DNA of 60,033 bases from Bacilli bacterium. GTDB taxonomy: Bacteria; Bacillota_I; Bacilli_A; RF39; UBA660. Positions within the stretch are counted from its first letter, which is position 1. Each line of letters begins with the position of its first letter. Below, one piece after another: positions 20,214 through 30,502 of the stretch. Location of the stretch: contig JAUNMV010000003.1 of NCBI GenBank assembly GCA_030531695.1, positions 1-60,033 of the forward strand. Reading direction: 5' to 3'. Both the position numbers and the translations under genes were made by a program. The notes under the pieces are model-generated. The model was given only the letters and a program-made list of their open reading frames with translations. It did no database searches and was not told the origin of the DNA.

Positions 20214-20963
20214 TTAAGAATTTTCTTCACAAAGATATTTTTGAACAGCATCACTATTATCAGTACCATTGATGAATACTTTTAATACTTGTGTAGAACC
20301 AGTTCCTAAGTTACCACCAGCAGTAGTATTGTTGTCAGCTGTAGCTAAGATACTCTTACCAGTTGTAGTAGAAACATCAGCTCTTCTGATATCTTTGTCA
20401 GTTTTCCAAGCGTTAATACCATGAACTCCATCTGTTAAAACGATTGAGAATGTAGTTTTAGCATTTCCAGTTGAACCAGTTCCAGCACCAGATCCTGTTA
20501 CGTTAATTCTAACAACACCAGTTACAGCTCTATTAGCCCAAGAAGAAGTTCCTCCTTGTTGTAATAGATATGGATATGGTCTATAAGTTTTACCATCTAA
20601 GTTTGGTGTTACAGTTGTATCTTTTTTAGGAGAACCATATTTGTTTCCTTGTTTTGCACTATCTATTAATACATAGTAGTTTCCATCATTTAATCCTGAT
20701 GGTACAGTTGCAGGAGCATTATCTGCACTTCCTGTTCTACAATAGAATGAGTCAGATAACCACATTGTTCTAACTGCTGAAATATAGTTTTGTGCTGTGT
20801 TCATGAATGTATCTCTACGAGTATTTTCAATTGTTCTTGAAATTGCTGGAATAGCAACCATCATTAAGATACCCATGATTGTAATAACTGCTAATAACTC
20901 GATTAATGTAAATCCGCCTTGTTTTCCTTTCTTATTATTTTTTCTCTTTGCATTTTTTGCCAT
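20214..20963 (-). CDS. Type IV pilin-like protein (prepilin-type N-terminal cleavage/methylation domain), candidate major pilin
   Basis: Basic leader MAKNAKRKNNKKGKQG, then FTLIELLAVITIMGILMMVAIPA (Gly at -1, Phe at +1, Glu at +5). Gly/Thr/Ser-rich globular part with two Cys. Local G+C is visibly higher than in the neighbours. Confidence 0.8.
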   Translation of the reverse strand: MAKNAKRKNNKKGKQGGFTLIELLAVITIMGILMMVAIPAISRTIENTRRDTFMNTAQNYISAVRTMWLSDSFYCRTGSADNAPATVPSGLNDGNYYVLIDSAKQGNKYGSPKKDTTVTPNLDGKTYRPYPYLLQQGGTSSWANRAVTGVVRINVTGSGAGTGSTGNAKTTFSIVLTDGVHGINAWKTDKDIRRADVSTTTGKSILATADNNTTAGGNLGTGSTQVLKVFINGTDNSDAVQKYLCEENS

Positions 20964-21072
20964 AATAATTCACTCTCTTCCTTTCTATTATTATTACATT
21001 TTAAATATAGCATATTGAAATTTATTTTTCAATACATTTTTTTTACATTTACACTGATATACAAATTTGACA

Positions 21073-21693
21073 TTATGCTGTATATCTTTTATCTACTGGA
21101 CAGTTAAATGTAGACCCATCTTCATTAGTAATTTGGATAGAAGTTGGTGTCGTATCATTAACCTTTATTGGTTCAGTAGTTATACCTGTTTGTGCATAAT
21201 CAATTGGTGAATCATCCTTTATACGACTAAATCTTGTCAATGGGATACCTGAAAATCTTGTTTTAGAATAAATATATTCTACTAATTGTACATGATACTC
21301 ATACTTTACAGTTGATCCTCCGCCTATTCTTCTAATAACTACAAAATTATTCAATTCTGTGTCATAAGTTTTTGTTTGTGGTTCTTTATCTTTTCCAGTA
21401 TAAGTATAAGAACCTCCGTATGGAGCATTTTTAAATTCACCTGATCCTAAGTATTTCATATTCATAATAATACAATGATCAGCCGCAGGTTTAACAATAG
21501 AAGTATCACTTCTAAACTTATATTCTGCTGTTGTAACTAATTTTTCTGCATCTCTTGCATATGTATTTAATTTAGTACTTTGTAAAATACCAATTATATT
21601 AGGAGCTGCTATCATTGTAAGTAATCCTAATATAACTAAAGCTGCTAATAATTCTACTAATGTAAAACCTTTTTTCTTTTGTTTTAATTTCAC
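21073..21693 (-). CDS. Type IV pilin-like / pseudopilin protein (206 aa)
   Basis: MKLKQKKKG|FTLVELLAALVILGLLTMIAAP class III signal. GTG start after AGGGTGA. Confidence 0.75.
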   Translation of the reverse strand: MKLKQKKKGFTLVELLAALVILGLLTMIAAPNIIGILQSTKLNTYARDAEKLVTTAEYKFRSDTSIVKPAADHCIIMNMKYLGSGEFKNAPYGGSYTYTGKDKEPQTKTYDTELNNFVVIRRIGGGSTVKYEYHVQLVEYIYSKTRFSGIPLTRFSRIKDDSPIDYAQTGITTEPIKVNDTTPTSIQITNEDGSTFNCPVDKRYTA

Positions 21694-21749
21694 TTTCTCA
21701 CCCTACTTTCTATTTTAATTATAGATAAAGTTTATAAAAAATAAAAGTA

Positions 21750-22815
21750 TCAGTTTAAAATTTGATGTAAATTAATTACTTCTTTTTTTACACTATCATT
21801 ATCATTATTTATTAAATTATCATATCTAAATATACTAAAGCCTTTATAATTTGACATATTTCTAGATATTATTATTTCTCTTTTTATAATATCATTATTA
21901 TTAATCCATTCTTCACTACCACTTAAAGCATACTTATCAAGGTTACCTGACTTATAGAGTGATAAAGCTACTATTAAATCTATATTCTTATTTTTAATAA
22001 TACTATTCCATTCATTTACTACTTTGTAAAAAGGCATCTTTTCATTATAGAACCCATAATATAGTTGAGGCATTATAAAATCTACATATTCATTACTATC
22101 TAACCATTTATAAATATCTGCATATAACTTCTCATAATTATTATTTATATTACCATCTGGACTTACTCCAAATAATATATTTTTATATTTACAGGTTTTA
22201 TGTACTCTACTTATCATTTTATTTATTATATTTAAATGATAAATTTTAGAATCAATATAACCATTCTCTTCTATATACTTTGTATAATCTAAATAATCTA
22301 TATCAGGTGATGGATAAAAGTAATCATCAAATAATATTCCATATACTTTATAATTATCAATTATCTCTTCTACTCCATTTACTATTAGATCTTCTACTTC
22401 TTGTTTACTAGGATTATAAAATATCCCATTATTAATATATAGATAATCCGTATTTAGGTATTTATAAGCTGGATTATTTATACTAATAGAATTTATATCT
22501 ATTGTAGTTCTTACTCTATAAGGATTTATCCAACAAATAATTTTTATATTATATTTAGAAGATACTTCTATAAAGTAATCTAATACATCAAAATATTCTT
22601 CTCCTTCTTCTATATTTAAATTCATACTAGTTGGATAAATACTAGATTTATATATTGAATCACTATTAGATCTTACTTGTAGTATTACAGTATTTAGTTT
22701 ATTATTATAATTCTATATAACTTATAAAGATACATCTTAATTCTTCTTTAGATGTAGTTTTAAATCCACATAAAAAAAATACTATTAGTATAGTTATTAA
22801 AATTATTTTTTTCAT
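21750..22815 (-). pseudogene. Disrupted glycosyl hydrolase-like family 10 (GHL10/DUF187, YngK-like) lipoprotein gene
   Basis: A 36-codon ORF (22705..22815) encodes the signal peptide MKKIILITILIVFFLCGF...EELRCIFISYIEL and then hits TAA TAA TAA. The catalytic-domain frame (NYNNKLNTVILQVRSNSDSIYKSSIYPTS-MNLNIEEGEE...) is open from 22712 in a different frame. Confidence 0.55.
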
Positions 22816-22859
22816 TTAATCACCAACTATATAGTAATTTAATAGTATTAAATAATTTG

Positions 22860-23501
22860 TCAGATATTGTCTTTTTTTATTAAGAATAGATTATTATTCT
22901 TATAGAATGCATAGAAGATATCATCTATTTGCATATTATCTTTTTCTAATTCATTTTTTAACCATTTAGTAGATTTACCTATTTGTATTAATGTATCTTC
23001 TTGTATAACACCATCTACTATTACTGGAAGAGGATATGTTCTAGTTTTATCATCACTTACTTTAAATATAGATAATTTACCATTAGTTTCTAGTATGGCA
23101 TAATCTACTTCTTCTATTGACTTTATACCTTTACTTCTTAATTCTACTAATAAATCTTCTAAGTTATATCTTTGTTTTTCCATTTCTTCTAAATCTATTA
23201 TTCCTTTATTTATAATTATAGATATATTTCCATCTATTACTTTTCTAAACTTATCTGACTTTAATTCTAATATACTGGATATTATTTGTAGTGTTACTAA
23301 TACAGATATTGGTACTAAAGAATAGAATATTGATTTATCATAGTTTTCTATACCGATAGATGCGATTTGAGCTATGAAAATAGATACAACAAGATCCATT
23401 ATAGATAATTCTCCTACTTCTCTTTTACCCATTAATCTATAAAGTACTGCGATTAATATATAGAAAAAACTACTTCTTAAAAAGATAGTAAAATAATTCA
23501 T
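22860..23501 (-). CDS. DUF421 (YetF-like) membrane protein
   Basis: YRLMGKREVGELSIMDLVVSIFIAQIA motif typical of the DUF421 family. Start set at MNYFTIF, preceded by GGTGAT. Confidence 0.7.
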   Translation of the reverse strand: MNYFTIFLRSSFFYILIAVLYRLMGKREVGELSIMDLVVSIFIAQIASIGIENYDKSIFYSLVPISVLVTLQIISSILELKSDKFRKVIDGNISIIINKGIIDLEEMEKQRYNLEDLLVELRSKGIKSIEEVDYAILETNGKLSIFKVSDDKTRTYPLPVIVDGVIQEDTLIQIGKSTKWLKNELEKDNMQIDDIFYAFYKNNNLFLIKKDNI

Positions 23502-23567
23502 ATTATCACCAATATTATTATGAGTATAAAATATTTTTTTAATCATAGAATTAATTAGAGGTGAATT

Positions 23568-23936
23568 ATGAAATCAATAAAAAAATATTTAACTACTCTA
23601 CTAAGTATATTATTATCAGTTTTATTAATCACTTTAATACTAACTACATTTTATTATTATGATTTAATATCTACAGATACTTATAAATTTTTAAAAATAG
23701 GTACTTTATTAATTACTCTATTATTAAATGGTGTTGTTATAGGGAAGAACTCTATTAAGAATGGTTATCTTGATGGAATTAAATTAGGATTATTACTAAT
23801 TATATTTTGTACCTTAGTAACTATTATGAATAAAAGTATAAGTATAAAACTTATTCTTTATAATATAATTATTCTTATTACTACTACTTTTGGAAGTATA
23901 ATAGGTATTAATACAAAGAAAATAGAAAAGGATTAA
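23568..23936 (+). CDS. Small polytopic membrane protein (4 predicted TM segments)
   Basis: AGAGGTGA RBS and four hydrophobic stretches. Confidence 0.55.
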   Translation: MKSIKKYLTTLLSILLSVLLITLILTTFYYYDLISTDTYKFLKIGTLLITLLLNGVVIGKNSIKNGYLDGIKLGLLLIIFCTLVTIMNKSISIKLILYNIIILITTTFGSIIGINTKKIEKD

Positions 23937-23990
23937 CTTTTCTATTTTATATATATGTAGTATTATTATAAGTATGTTTAAGGAGTTAAT

Positions 23991-24452
23991 ATGAATATTG
24001 GATTTACTATAGGAAAATTTGCACCTCTTCATTTAGGACATGATGAACTTATTAGAAAAGGAATAAAAGAAAATGATAAGTTTTATATCTTAATAAATGA
24101 TACTGACGTAATAGATATAGACTTAGATAGAAGAGCTAAATGGTTAAATGATTTATATCCAGAAGCCATAATTATAAAAGGATATAATCCACCTAAGAGA
24201 TATGGTATGGATAAAGAAAGTATAGAGATACAAATAAATTATTTAAAAGAAGTGTTTAAAGATATACCAGTAACTAGATTCTATTCTGGAGAAGATTATG
24301 GTTATTATGTAGCAATGTATATGAATGTAGAATTTATTAAAGTAAATAAGAATATTCCTGTTAGTGCGACTAATATTCGAAAAGATTTTGATAATAATAA
24401 ACAATATATTTCAAAAGAAGTATTATTTGATATAGAAAATAAAAAGAATTAG
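23991..24452 (+). CDS. Cytidylyltransferase-like / NadR-type nucleotide adenylyltransferase domain protein
   Basis: N-terminal GKFAPLHLGH (the (H/T)xGH nucleotidyltransferase motif). C-terminal VSATNIRK (ISSTxxR-like motif). AAGGAG RBS. Confidence 0.6.
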   Translation: MNIGFTIGKFAPLHLGHDELIRKGIKENDKFYILINDTDVIDIDLDRRAKWLNDLYPEAIIIKGYNPPKRYGMDKESIEIQINYLKEVFKDIPVTRFYSGEDYGYYVAMYMNVEFIKVNKNIPVSATNIRKDFDNNKQYISKEVLFDIENKKN

Positions 24453-24454
24453 AT

Positions 24455-25123
24455 CTAACTTTCTAATTCTTTTTCTATTAATTTTAATTCTTTCTTAAGT
24501 TGATATCTTCTTAGTCTGAAACGTTTTGGTAGAAACTCTAACATTATTTCTCTAGTCTTATGTTCTCTTTCATAATACTCTAAGAATAAATCTCCTTTTT
24601 TTATTAAGTAGATTGGTCCAAAGAACATTTGTCTTTTTGTATATGATCTATGTCCTCTCTTAAATACTATTACTTGATAGATGAATTTTCCTTCTTTTAC
24701 AAATTCTTCATCATCTATATAGAATCCATTTTTACATAGGAATTTTTTTACATCTTCTTGATAGTTATTTGGACTTAATATTAAAGTTTGTATCTTTTTT
24801 AATTTCTTTAGATTATTTTTAAATATACCAATCATATTTCTACCGCCCATACCGGCTATAATTACTGTATCTATATCATCAGTATATGTATCCAACCCAT
24901 TTCCTAATCTAACTTCTATTTTTCCTTCTAAATTTTCTCTTTTAATATTACCTTTAGCTTGTTCTAGAGGACCTTCTGCTATATCTGATGCTATAGCTCT
25001 AATTCCTCTATTACTAGTTTCAAGATAGATATCTAGAAATGCATGATCACAGCCAACATCTAATACTGTTGAGTTGTCACTCACTAAATCACCAATTAAT
25101 TTTAATCTTGAATTTATTCTCAT
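24455..25123 (-). CDS. trmK: tRNA (adenine22-N1)-methyltransferase TrmK
   Basis: SRLKLIGDLV...VLDVGCDHAFLDIYL...AGMGG pattern as in YqfN/TrmK. Conserved position downstream of sigA. Confidence 0.8.
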   Translation of the reverse strand: MRINSRLKLIGDLVSDNSTVLDVGCDHAFLDIYLETSNRGIRAIASDIAEGPLEQAKGNIKRENLEGKIEVRLGNGLDTYTDDIDTVIIAGMGGRNMIGIFKNNLKKLKKIQTLILSPNNYQEDVKKFLCKNGFYIDDEEFVKEGKFIYQVIVFKRGHRSYTKRQMFFGPIYLIKKGDLFLEYYEREHKTREIMLEFLPKRFRLRRYQLKKELKLIEKELES

Positions 25124-26214
25124 TAATCAGTTAAGAAGTCTTTTAATTTTCTAGAACGAGATGGATGTCTTAATTTTCTTAAAGCTTTTGCTTCAATTTG
25201 TCTGATACGTTCACGAGTAACACCAAAGATTTGTCCAACTTCTTCTAGTGTTCTACATTGTCCATCATCAAGACCAAATCTTAATCTTAGTACTTTTTCT
25301 TCTCTTTCAGTTAAAGTTCCTAAAACTCCATTTAGTTCTTCTTTTAACATTTCTACTGTTGCATATTCTTCTGGTCCCATTGTCATTGTATCTTTAATGA
25401 AATCTCCTAAATGTGAATCATCTTCTTCACCTATTGGAGTTTCTAGAGATACTGGATCTTGAGATATTTTATATACTTCACGAACTTTTTCAACTGTAAT
25501 ACCTAATTTCTTAGCTATTTCTTCATCAGTTGGTTCTCTATTTAACTCTTGAGTTAATTGTCTTTGTACTCTAGCAAGTTTATTTATTGTTTCAACCATG
25601 TGTACTGGTACACGGATTGTTCTTGCTTGATCTGCTATTGCTCTTGTAATAGCTTGTCTAATCCACCATGTTGCATATGTAGAAAATTTATATCCTTTAG
25701 ATGGATCAAACTTATCTACTGCTTTCATTAATCCAATATTTCCCTCTTGGATTAAATCTAGGAATAACATTCCACGTCCAACATATCTTTTAGCTATTGA
25801 TACAACTAAACGTAAGTTAGATTCAGCAAGCATTCTTTTTGCTTCTTCATCTCCTTCTTCTGCACGTTTAGCATATTCAAATTCTTCATCTGATGTTAAT
25901 AAGTTAATACGTCCAATTTCTTTTAAATACATTCTAACTGGATCATTGATTTTTACATCTTTTGATAGAGTTAATTCTTCTACTTCACTTTCAGTAGTTA
26001 TTTCTTCTCCACTAGCATCATCACTACCATCTTCTGATACGATTTCAATACCAGCTTCCATAAGGGAGTTATATAGGTCATCTAATGAATCAGAGTCCAT
26101 ATCTAGACCTTTTAACTCTTCAACTAGTTGTTCATAAGTTATGAACCCTTGCTTCTTACCTAAGTCAATTAACTTGGCTTTTCTTTCATCTAATGTTTTA
26201 ATTTCTCCAACCAT
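25123..26214 (-). CDS. sigA: Primary RNA polymerase sigma factor RpoD/SigA
   Basis: Acidic region 1, region 2 ([34 protein letters not shown]), and regions 3 and 4 ([30 protein letters not shown]). Confidence 0.95.
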   Translation of the reverse strand: MVGEIKTLDERKAKLIDLGKKQGFITYEQLVEELKGLDMDSDSLDDLYNSLMEAGIEIVSEDGSDDASGEEITTESEVEELTLSKDVKINDPVRMYLKEIGRINLLTSDEEFEYAKRAEEGDEEAKRMLAESNLRLVVSIAKRYVGRGMLFLDLIQEGNIGLMKAVDKFDPSKGYKFSTYATWWIRQAITRAIADQARTIRVPVHMVETINKLARVQRQLTQELNREPTDEEIAKKLGITVEKVREVYKISQDPVSLETPIGEEDDSHLGDFIKDTMTMGPEEYATVEMLKEELNGVLGTLTEREEKVLRLRFGLDDGQCRTLEEVGQIFGVTRERIRQIEAKALRKLRHPSRSRKLKDFLTD

Positions 26215-26216
26215 AT

Positions 26217-27944
26217 CTATTCTCCTAACCTAAGCTTTCTAATTCTTTCGACAATTTTAGCTTGTTCTAAAGGATCGACTTCTTTCTTCATTAAATTGGT
26301 AAGCCTATTAATTTCTTGCTTTCTACCATACTCTCTTATTACTTTGAAATATAAGAAAAGTTCGTCCTTTGTGGTTTTCTCTAAGTAATCACCAGCTATA
26401 ATTTCATTATATAGAGTTAGAATGTTTTCTTTATCTTGTATATAAGTATAAAAATCAGCTATATTAACTGACCCGTATTTATTATAATAATAAATTATTT
26501 CGCTCGTTAGTGAGCGCATTGCTTCTGTAGGGAATACTAAATGTTCTCTTTCGACTTGTGTTATTGCAAAGTCGTTATAAAACATAAAGTATATTACCTG
26601 TTCCATAGCTTTTATATACTTATCTTTATTACTACTTTTCTTGTGTGGAATAGTAATATCTGCTACTTGTTTTACCTCTTTCTTTGTATTTAGGGCATTT
26701 AAGCGCATTTCGAGTGTATTATACCCTATATCAAATTCTTTTGCAAGTCTTTTAAGTATTACTTCTATTCTTATTGGGTCTGTTAATTTAGAAGCTTCTT
26801 CAATTACTTTATTAATGTAATTTGATGTTTCTTCATCACTTCTAAAATTAACACTTTCTTTTAATTTATTTATCTTAAAATCACTAAAGTTTAAAGCATT
26901 TTCTAACAATCCAATAAACTTATCTTTACCATTTTTTATAATATAGCTATCTGGATCTTCTGGATTAGGTAAAGGTATTACTTTAGGTTCTAATCCTTCT
27001 TTAAGAAGTGTTTCTCCTATACTTAAAGTTGCATGTACTCCAGGATCATCTCCATCTAAACATAATATTATATTTGGAGATAATCTCTTTAATAGTGATA
27101 TTTGTTCTTTAGTAAGAGCAGTACCCATAAGAGCTACTGTATTTCTAATACCTATAGTAGATGCTCTTATAACATCCATAAATCCTTCCATTACTATAAC
27201 ACTATTTTTACTTCTACATTCATCTCTTGCTATATGATAGTGATATAACATTTCTCCTTTTTTAAATATCTCTGTCTCTTTAGTATTAAGATATTTATTC
27301 ATATCTACATCTTTATATATACGTCCACTAAATCCTACTGTTTGACCAGAGACATCATATAATGGAAACATTATTCTATCTATATATATATCATGATCAT
27401 CACTAGATAATCCTATTCTATTTAGAGTTGCTAAATCATAATTTTTACTTGTAAGTAATTTAGTTAAGTCATCCCGACTCTCTAGAGATAAACCTATTTC
27501 AAATTCTTTAATGACATTATCATCTATTCCTCTTTTTTTAAGGTACTCTTTAGCTTTCTTACCTACTGGAGATGATAAGTTATTTTGAAAATATTTTACT
27601 GAGAAATTATAGGCATCATATAACTTATCATACTTAGATACTTTCTTTTCAATATGAATACCACTAGTATTAATACCTACTTTATCTCCTAATTGTTTAA
27701 GTGCTGTTTTAAAATCTATGTGTTCATAATTCATTAAAAACGTAAAAACATTCCCAGTTGCGTGACATGAAAAACATGTATAAATTTGTTTCTCACGTGA
27801 TACACACATAGATGGATTAGAATCATCATGGAATGGACATACTCCAAATAGATTCTTTCCTCTTGCAACTAAGGGAATGCGTTCACCTATGATGTCTACA
27901 ATATCTACTTTAGCACGAATCTCATTAGCTAAATCATTATTCAT
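26217..27944 (-). CDS. dnaG: DNA primase DnaG
   Basis: Zinc finger [11 protein letters not shown]...CFSCH, a TOPRIM domain (MEGFMDV, DGDDPG) and dnaG-sigA synteny. Start set at MNNDLAN, preceded by GGGGTGA. Confidence 0.95.
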   Translation of the reverse strand: MNNDLANEIRAKVDIVDIIGERIPLVARGKNLFGVCPFHDDSNPSMCVSREKQIYTCFSCHATGNVFTFLMNYEHIDFKTALKQLGDKVGINTSGIHIEKKVSKYDKLYDAYNFSVKYFQNNLSSPVGKKAKEYLKKRGIDDNVIKEFEIGLSLESRDDLTKLLTSKNYDLATLNRIGLSSDDHDIYIDRIMFPLYDVSGQTVGFSGRIYKDVDMNKYLNTKETEIFKKGEMLYHYHIARDECRSKNSVIVMEGFMDVIRASTIGIRNTVALMGTALTKEQISLLKRLSPNIILCLDGDDPGVHATLSIGETLLKEGLEPKVIPLPNPEDPDSYIIKNGKDKFIGLLENALNFSDFKINKLKESVNFRSDEETSNYINKVIEEASKLTDPIRIEVILKRLAKEFDIGYNTLEMRLNALNTKKEVKQVADITIPHKKSSNKDKYIKAMEQVIYFMFYNDFAITQVEREHLVFPTEAMRSLTSEIIYYYNKYGSVNIADFYTYIQDKENILTLYNEIIAGDYLEKTTKDELFLYFKVIREYGRKQEINRLTNLMKKEVDPLEQAKIVERIRKLRLGE

Positions 27945-27977
27945 AAACATCACCCCACTACTCGATATATTATATCA

Positions 27978-28997
27978 CTAAATTAAAGATTTTCTAGTAA
28001 AAGCTTTAACATCTTTATTAATATAAACATCTATAACACCTTTATTAACTATTTTTATGAATCCTAGTCCTGAAATTACTAAGTCTTCATCATATTTAAT
28101 ATTATATGTAGTCTTATTTAAGTCTTTTAATTCTTCATTATTCATTAAGTTTAATAATCTTTTTACTTTTAAATCATTAGATACAAATACTGTAAAACTA
28201 TTTTTATCTCCTTCTACATAATCTATTCTTACTAAATCCTCTATTATAATAGATTGATTTTTTCTTAATTGATATGTACGAGGTTTAATCTCTTTCTTAG
28301 GAGATATCTTCTTTGTCATCTTCTCATCTACATGATTTAGAATAGAACCACTATCTACTAAACCTGGAGTATCAATAATATTTAAATATTCATTTATTTC
28401 AATATTTACCATATTTAGAGTTGTTGAAGGAAGTGGTGACATTGTAAGCTCTTGATCAGTTTCTGAATAGTTTTTAATTAACTTATTAATTAGTGAAGAT
28501 TTACCTGCATTAGTATGACCAACTACATAAACATTCTTACTTGTTTGATATAGTTTAATCTTCTTCATTAAGTAATCTATATTATAATTTTTACTACAAC
28601 TAATTACTATTACTTCTTCTACTTTTACATTCATACCATTTAAGTATTCAATAAGTTTCTTTTCTTTAACTGATTTTGGTAAAGCATCTTTCTTATTAAG
28701 TACTAAAATCATTTTATTAGGAAGTAGTGTTCTAATTTCTTTAAAATCTTCTTCTAGATTTAATAAATCAGTAATATATAAAACTAAGTCTTTAGTTTTA
28801 CCTACTCCTTTTAAGATATCGATATATTCTTGATTAGATTTAGTAACCACTTGATATTCTCCATAGTTTTTCATCCTAAAACATCTTTGACAAATATCGT
28901 TTTCTAAACTAGTAATATATCCTTCTTGTAATATATTTTGATCTTGTAAAGTAACTCCACATCCTAAACATTTTTTAGGACCATTATCGTTATTCAT
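27978..28997 (-). CDS. yqeH: Ribosome biogenesis GTPase YqeH
   Basis: N-terminal CLGC...CQRCFRMKNYGE zinc motif. Circularly permuted GTPase motifs (NKKD before GHTNAGKSS, DTPG). Confidence 0.85.
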   Translation of the reverse strand: MNNDNGPKKCLGCGVTLQDQNILQEGYITSLENDICQRCFRMKNYGEYQVVTKSNQEYIDILKGVGKTKDLVLYITDLLNLEEDFKEIRTLLPNKMILVLNKKDALPKSVKEKKLIEYLNGMNVKVEEVIVISCSKNYNIDYLMKKIKLYQTSKNVYVVGHTNAGKSSLINKLIKNYSETDQELTMSPLPSTTLNMVNIEINEYLNIIDTPGLVDSGSILNHVDEKMTKKISPKKEIKPRTYQLRKNQSIIIEDLVRIDYVEGDKNSFTVFVSNDLKVKRLLNLMNNEELKDLNKTTYNIKYDEDLVISGLGFIKIVNKGVIDVYINKDVKAFTRKSLI

Positions 28998-29508
28998 AAT
29001 ATTTACCTCTTTCAAATACTCCTCTTTTTTGGTATCTCTTTAGTATAAATTTTTCTATTTTTCTATTTAATCCTGTTATTTTTAAATCAGCTTTTCCTAA
29101 TGGATCAACTAATATTGTTTTAATTCTAAATCTTTTACCCGCTATAATATCAGTAACTATTTGGTCACCAATCATTACCATTTCATTCTTTTTAAATTTA
29201 TAATTTTGTTTTATTTTTCTTAATCCACGAGTTGAAGGTTTCATACTCCATGAAACTCCTCCTACTCCTAAATCTTTCATGTATGGTGCTATTCTACTTT
29301 TAGTATTATTACTACTAATAAAAATACAGAAATCATCTTGTAATTTTTTTAATAGTTCTTTAGTTTCATCTGGACATTTTAGATTGGTTATAAGACCTAA
29401 TGTATTATCAAGGTCAAAAACTAAACATTTGATACCTTCTTCTTTTAATTTGTTGTAATTAATAGAATAAATATCTTTATAATACTTATTCGGTTTAAAG
29501 TAGCCCAT
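28990..29508 (-). CDS. yqeG: YqeG-family HAD phosphatase (HAD-IIIA)
   Basis: DLDNTL motif and GDQIVTDI. Conserved yqeG-yqeH pairing. Confidence 0.8.
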   Translation of the reverse strand: MGYFKPNKYYKDIYSINYNKLKEEGIKCLVFDLDNTLGLITNLKCPDETKELLKKLQDDFCIFISSNNTKSRIAPYMKDLGVGGVSWSMKPSTRGLRKIKQNYKFKKNEMVMIGDQIVTDIIAGKRFRIKTILVDPLGKADLKITGLNRKIEKFILKRYQKRGVFERGKYYE

Positions 29509-29543
29509 AACATCACCTGTTTATAATTATATAATAATTGCTT

Positions 29544-30242
29544 TTATTTATCAATTTTTTTGTTTTTAATAAATTCTTTTAACAGTTTAGTTAGCGCTCT
29601 TTTTTCTATTCTAGAAACATAACTTCTACTTATACCTAATGTATTAGCTATATCTTTTTGTGTTTCTTCTTCTTTATTATCTAAACCATATCTTCTACTT
29701 ATTATTTTCTTTTCTCTATTATTTAATACTTTCATATATTTTTTTAATAGTTTTATATTATCCTTTAATTCTATTTCATCTGTAAAATCATTATCTTCTA
29801 CTTTTAGTATATCTATTATTGATATTTCATTACCATCTTTGTCATAACCTATATAGTCATTTAAACTTACATCTTTTAAATGTTTATTATTAGTTCTAAA
29901 ATACATAAGTATTTCATTTTCTATACATCTTGCACAATATGTAGTAATTTTTACTCCTCTTTCTTTAGAGTATGAATCTACTCCTTTAATTAATCCTATT
30001 GTACCTATACTAATTAGATCATCATTATCTTGATAGTCCTTATCAAACTTTTTAACTATATGAGCTACTAATCTTAAATTATGTTCTATTAGTTTATTAC
30101 GAGATAATTTATCTCCTTCTAACATTTTATTAATATATTTTTCTTCATCTTCACTACTAAGTGGGTCTAGAAAAACATCATTTGAGTATGATCCAGTAAA
30201 ACAAAATAAATTTTTTAAAACTTCTAATATATTAAAAAACAT
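29544..30242 (-). CDS. sigK: Sporulation sigma factor SigK precursor (pro-sigma-K), uninterrupted
   Basis: IEHNLRLVAHIVKKF, DLISIGTIGLIKGVDSYS, CARCIENEILMY, DVSLNDYIGYDKDGNEISIIDILK and GISRSYVSRIEKRAL match B. subtilis SigK more closely than SigE. An N-terminal hydrophobic pro-segment of about 19 aa ends at ...FTGS/YSNDVF. Confidence 0.8.
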   Translation of the reverse strand: MFFNILEVLKNLFCFTGSYSNDVFLDPLSSEDEEKYINKMLEGDKLSRNKLIEHNLRLVAHIVKKFDKDYQDNDDLISIGTIGLIKGVDSYSKERGVKITTYCARCIENEILMYFRTNNKHLKDVSLNDYIGYDKDGNEISIIDILKVEDNDFTDEIELKDNIKLLKKYMKVLNNREKKIISRRYGLDNKEEETQKDIANTLGISRSYVSRIEKRALTKLLKEFIKNKKIDK

Positions 30243-30288
30243 ATAACCTCCTAAGAAATTATATGTATTAATCTTTTTGTTTAATATA

Positions 30289-30317
30289 TTGAATTTATGT
30301 TCGATATATCATATAAT
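30289..30317 (+). promoter_or_regulatory. Near-consensus sigma-A promoter, TTGAAT-17 nt-TATAAT, divergent from sigK
   Basis: TTGAAT at 30289-30294, a 17-nt spacer, then TATAAT at 30312-30317. Points toward the sORF at 30384. Confidence 0.5.
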
Positions 30318-30383
30318 AATAAATCGGAATACTTAATAAGTTGGGTGGAGCCAATCTTCTTAGTAAAGAAGGGAGGCGATGAT

Positions 30384-30467
30384 GTGACTAAGAAGGATTT
30401 TTTAATTCTATCTTTAGTAATAATTATCTTCCTTTTATTATTATTACTATTCATAGTTTTAATATAA
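30384..30467 (+). CDS. Candidate 27-aa hydrophobic peptide (MTKKDFLILSLVIIIFLLLLLLFIVLI), GTG start
   Basis: GAAGGGAGG Shine-Dalgarno 7 nt upstream of the GTG, about 65 nt downstream of a near-consensus promoter. Single TM-like segment. No homology-based support is possible here. Confidence 0.3.
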   Translation: MTKKDFLILSLVIIIFLLLLLLFIVLI

Positions 30468-30502
30468 AAGAAAACCACCTAACTCAGCAATGATTTAGGT
30501 GG
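30462..30502 (-). terminator. Rho-independent terminator of the Flg_new paralog pair
   Basis: CCACCTAA-12 nt loop-TTAGGTGG, followed on the minus strand by TTTTCTTTT. Confidence 0.55.

Noticed and set aside
29544-30242. skin-like intervening element splitting sigK
   Set aside because: All sigma regions 2-4 are contiguous in one ORF of normal length (232 aa).
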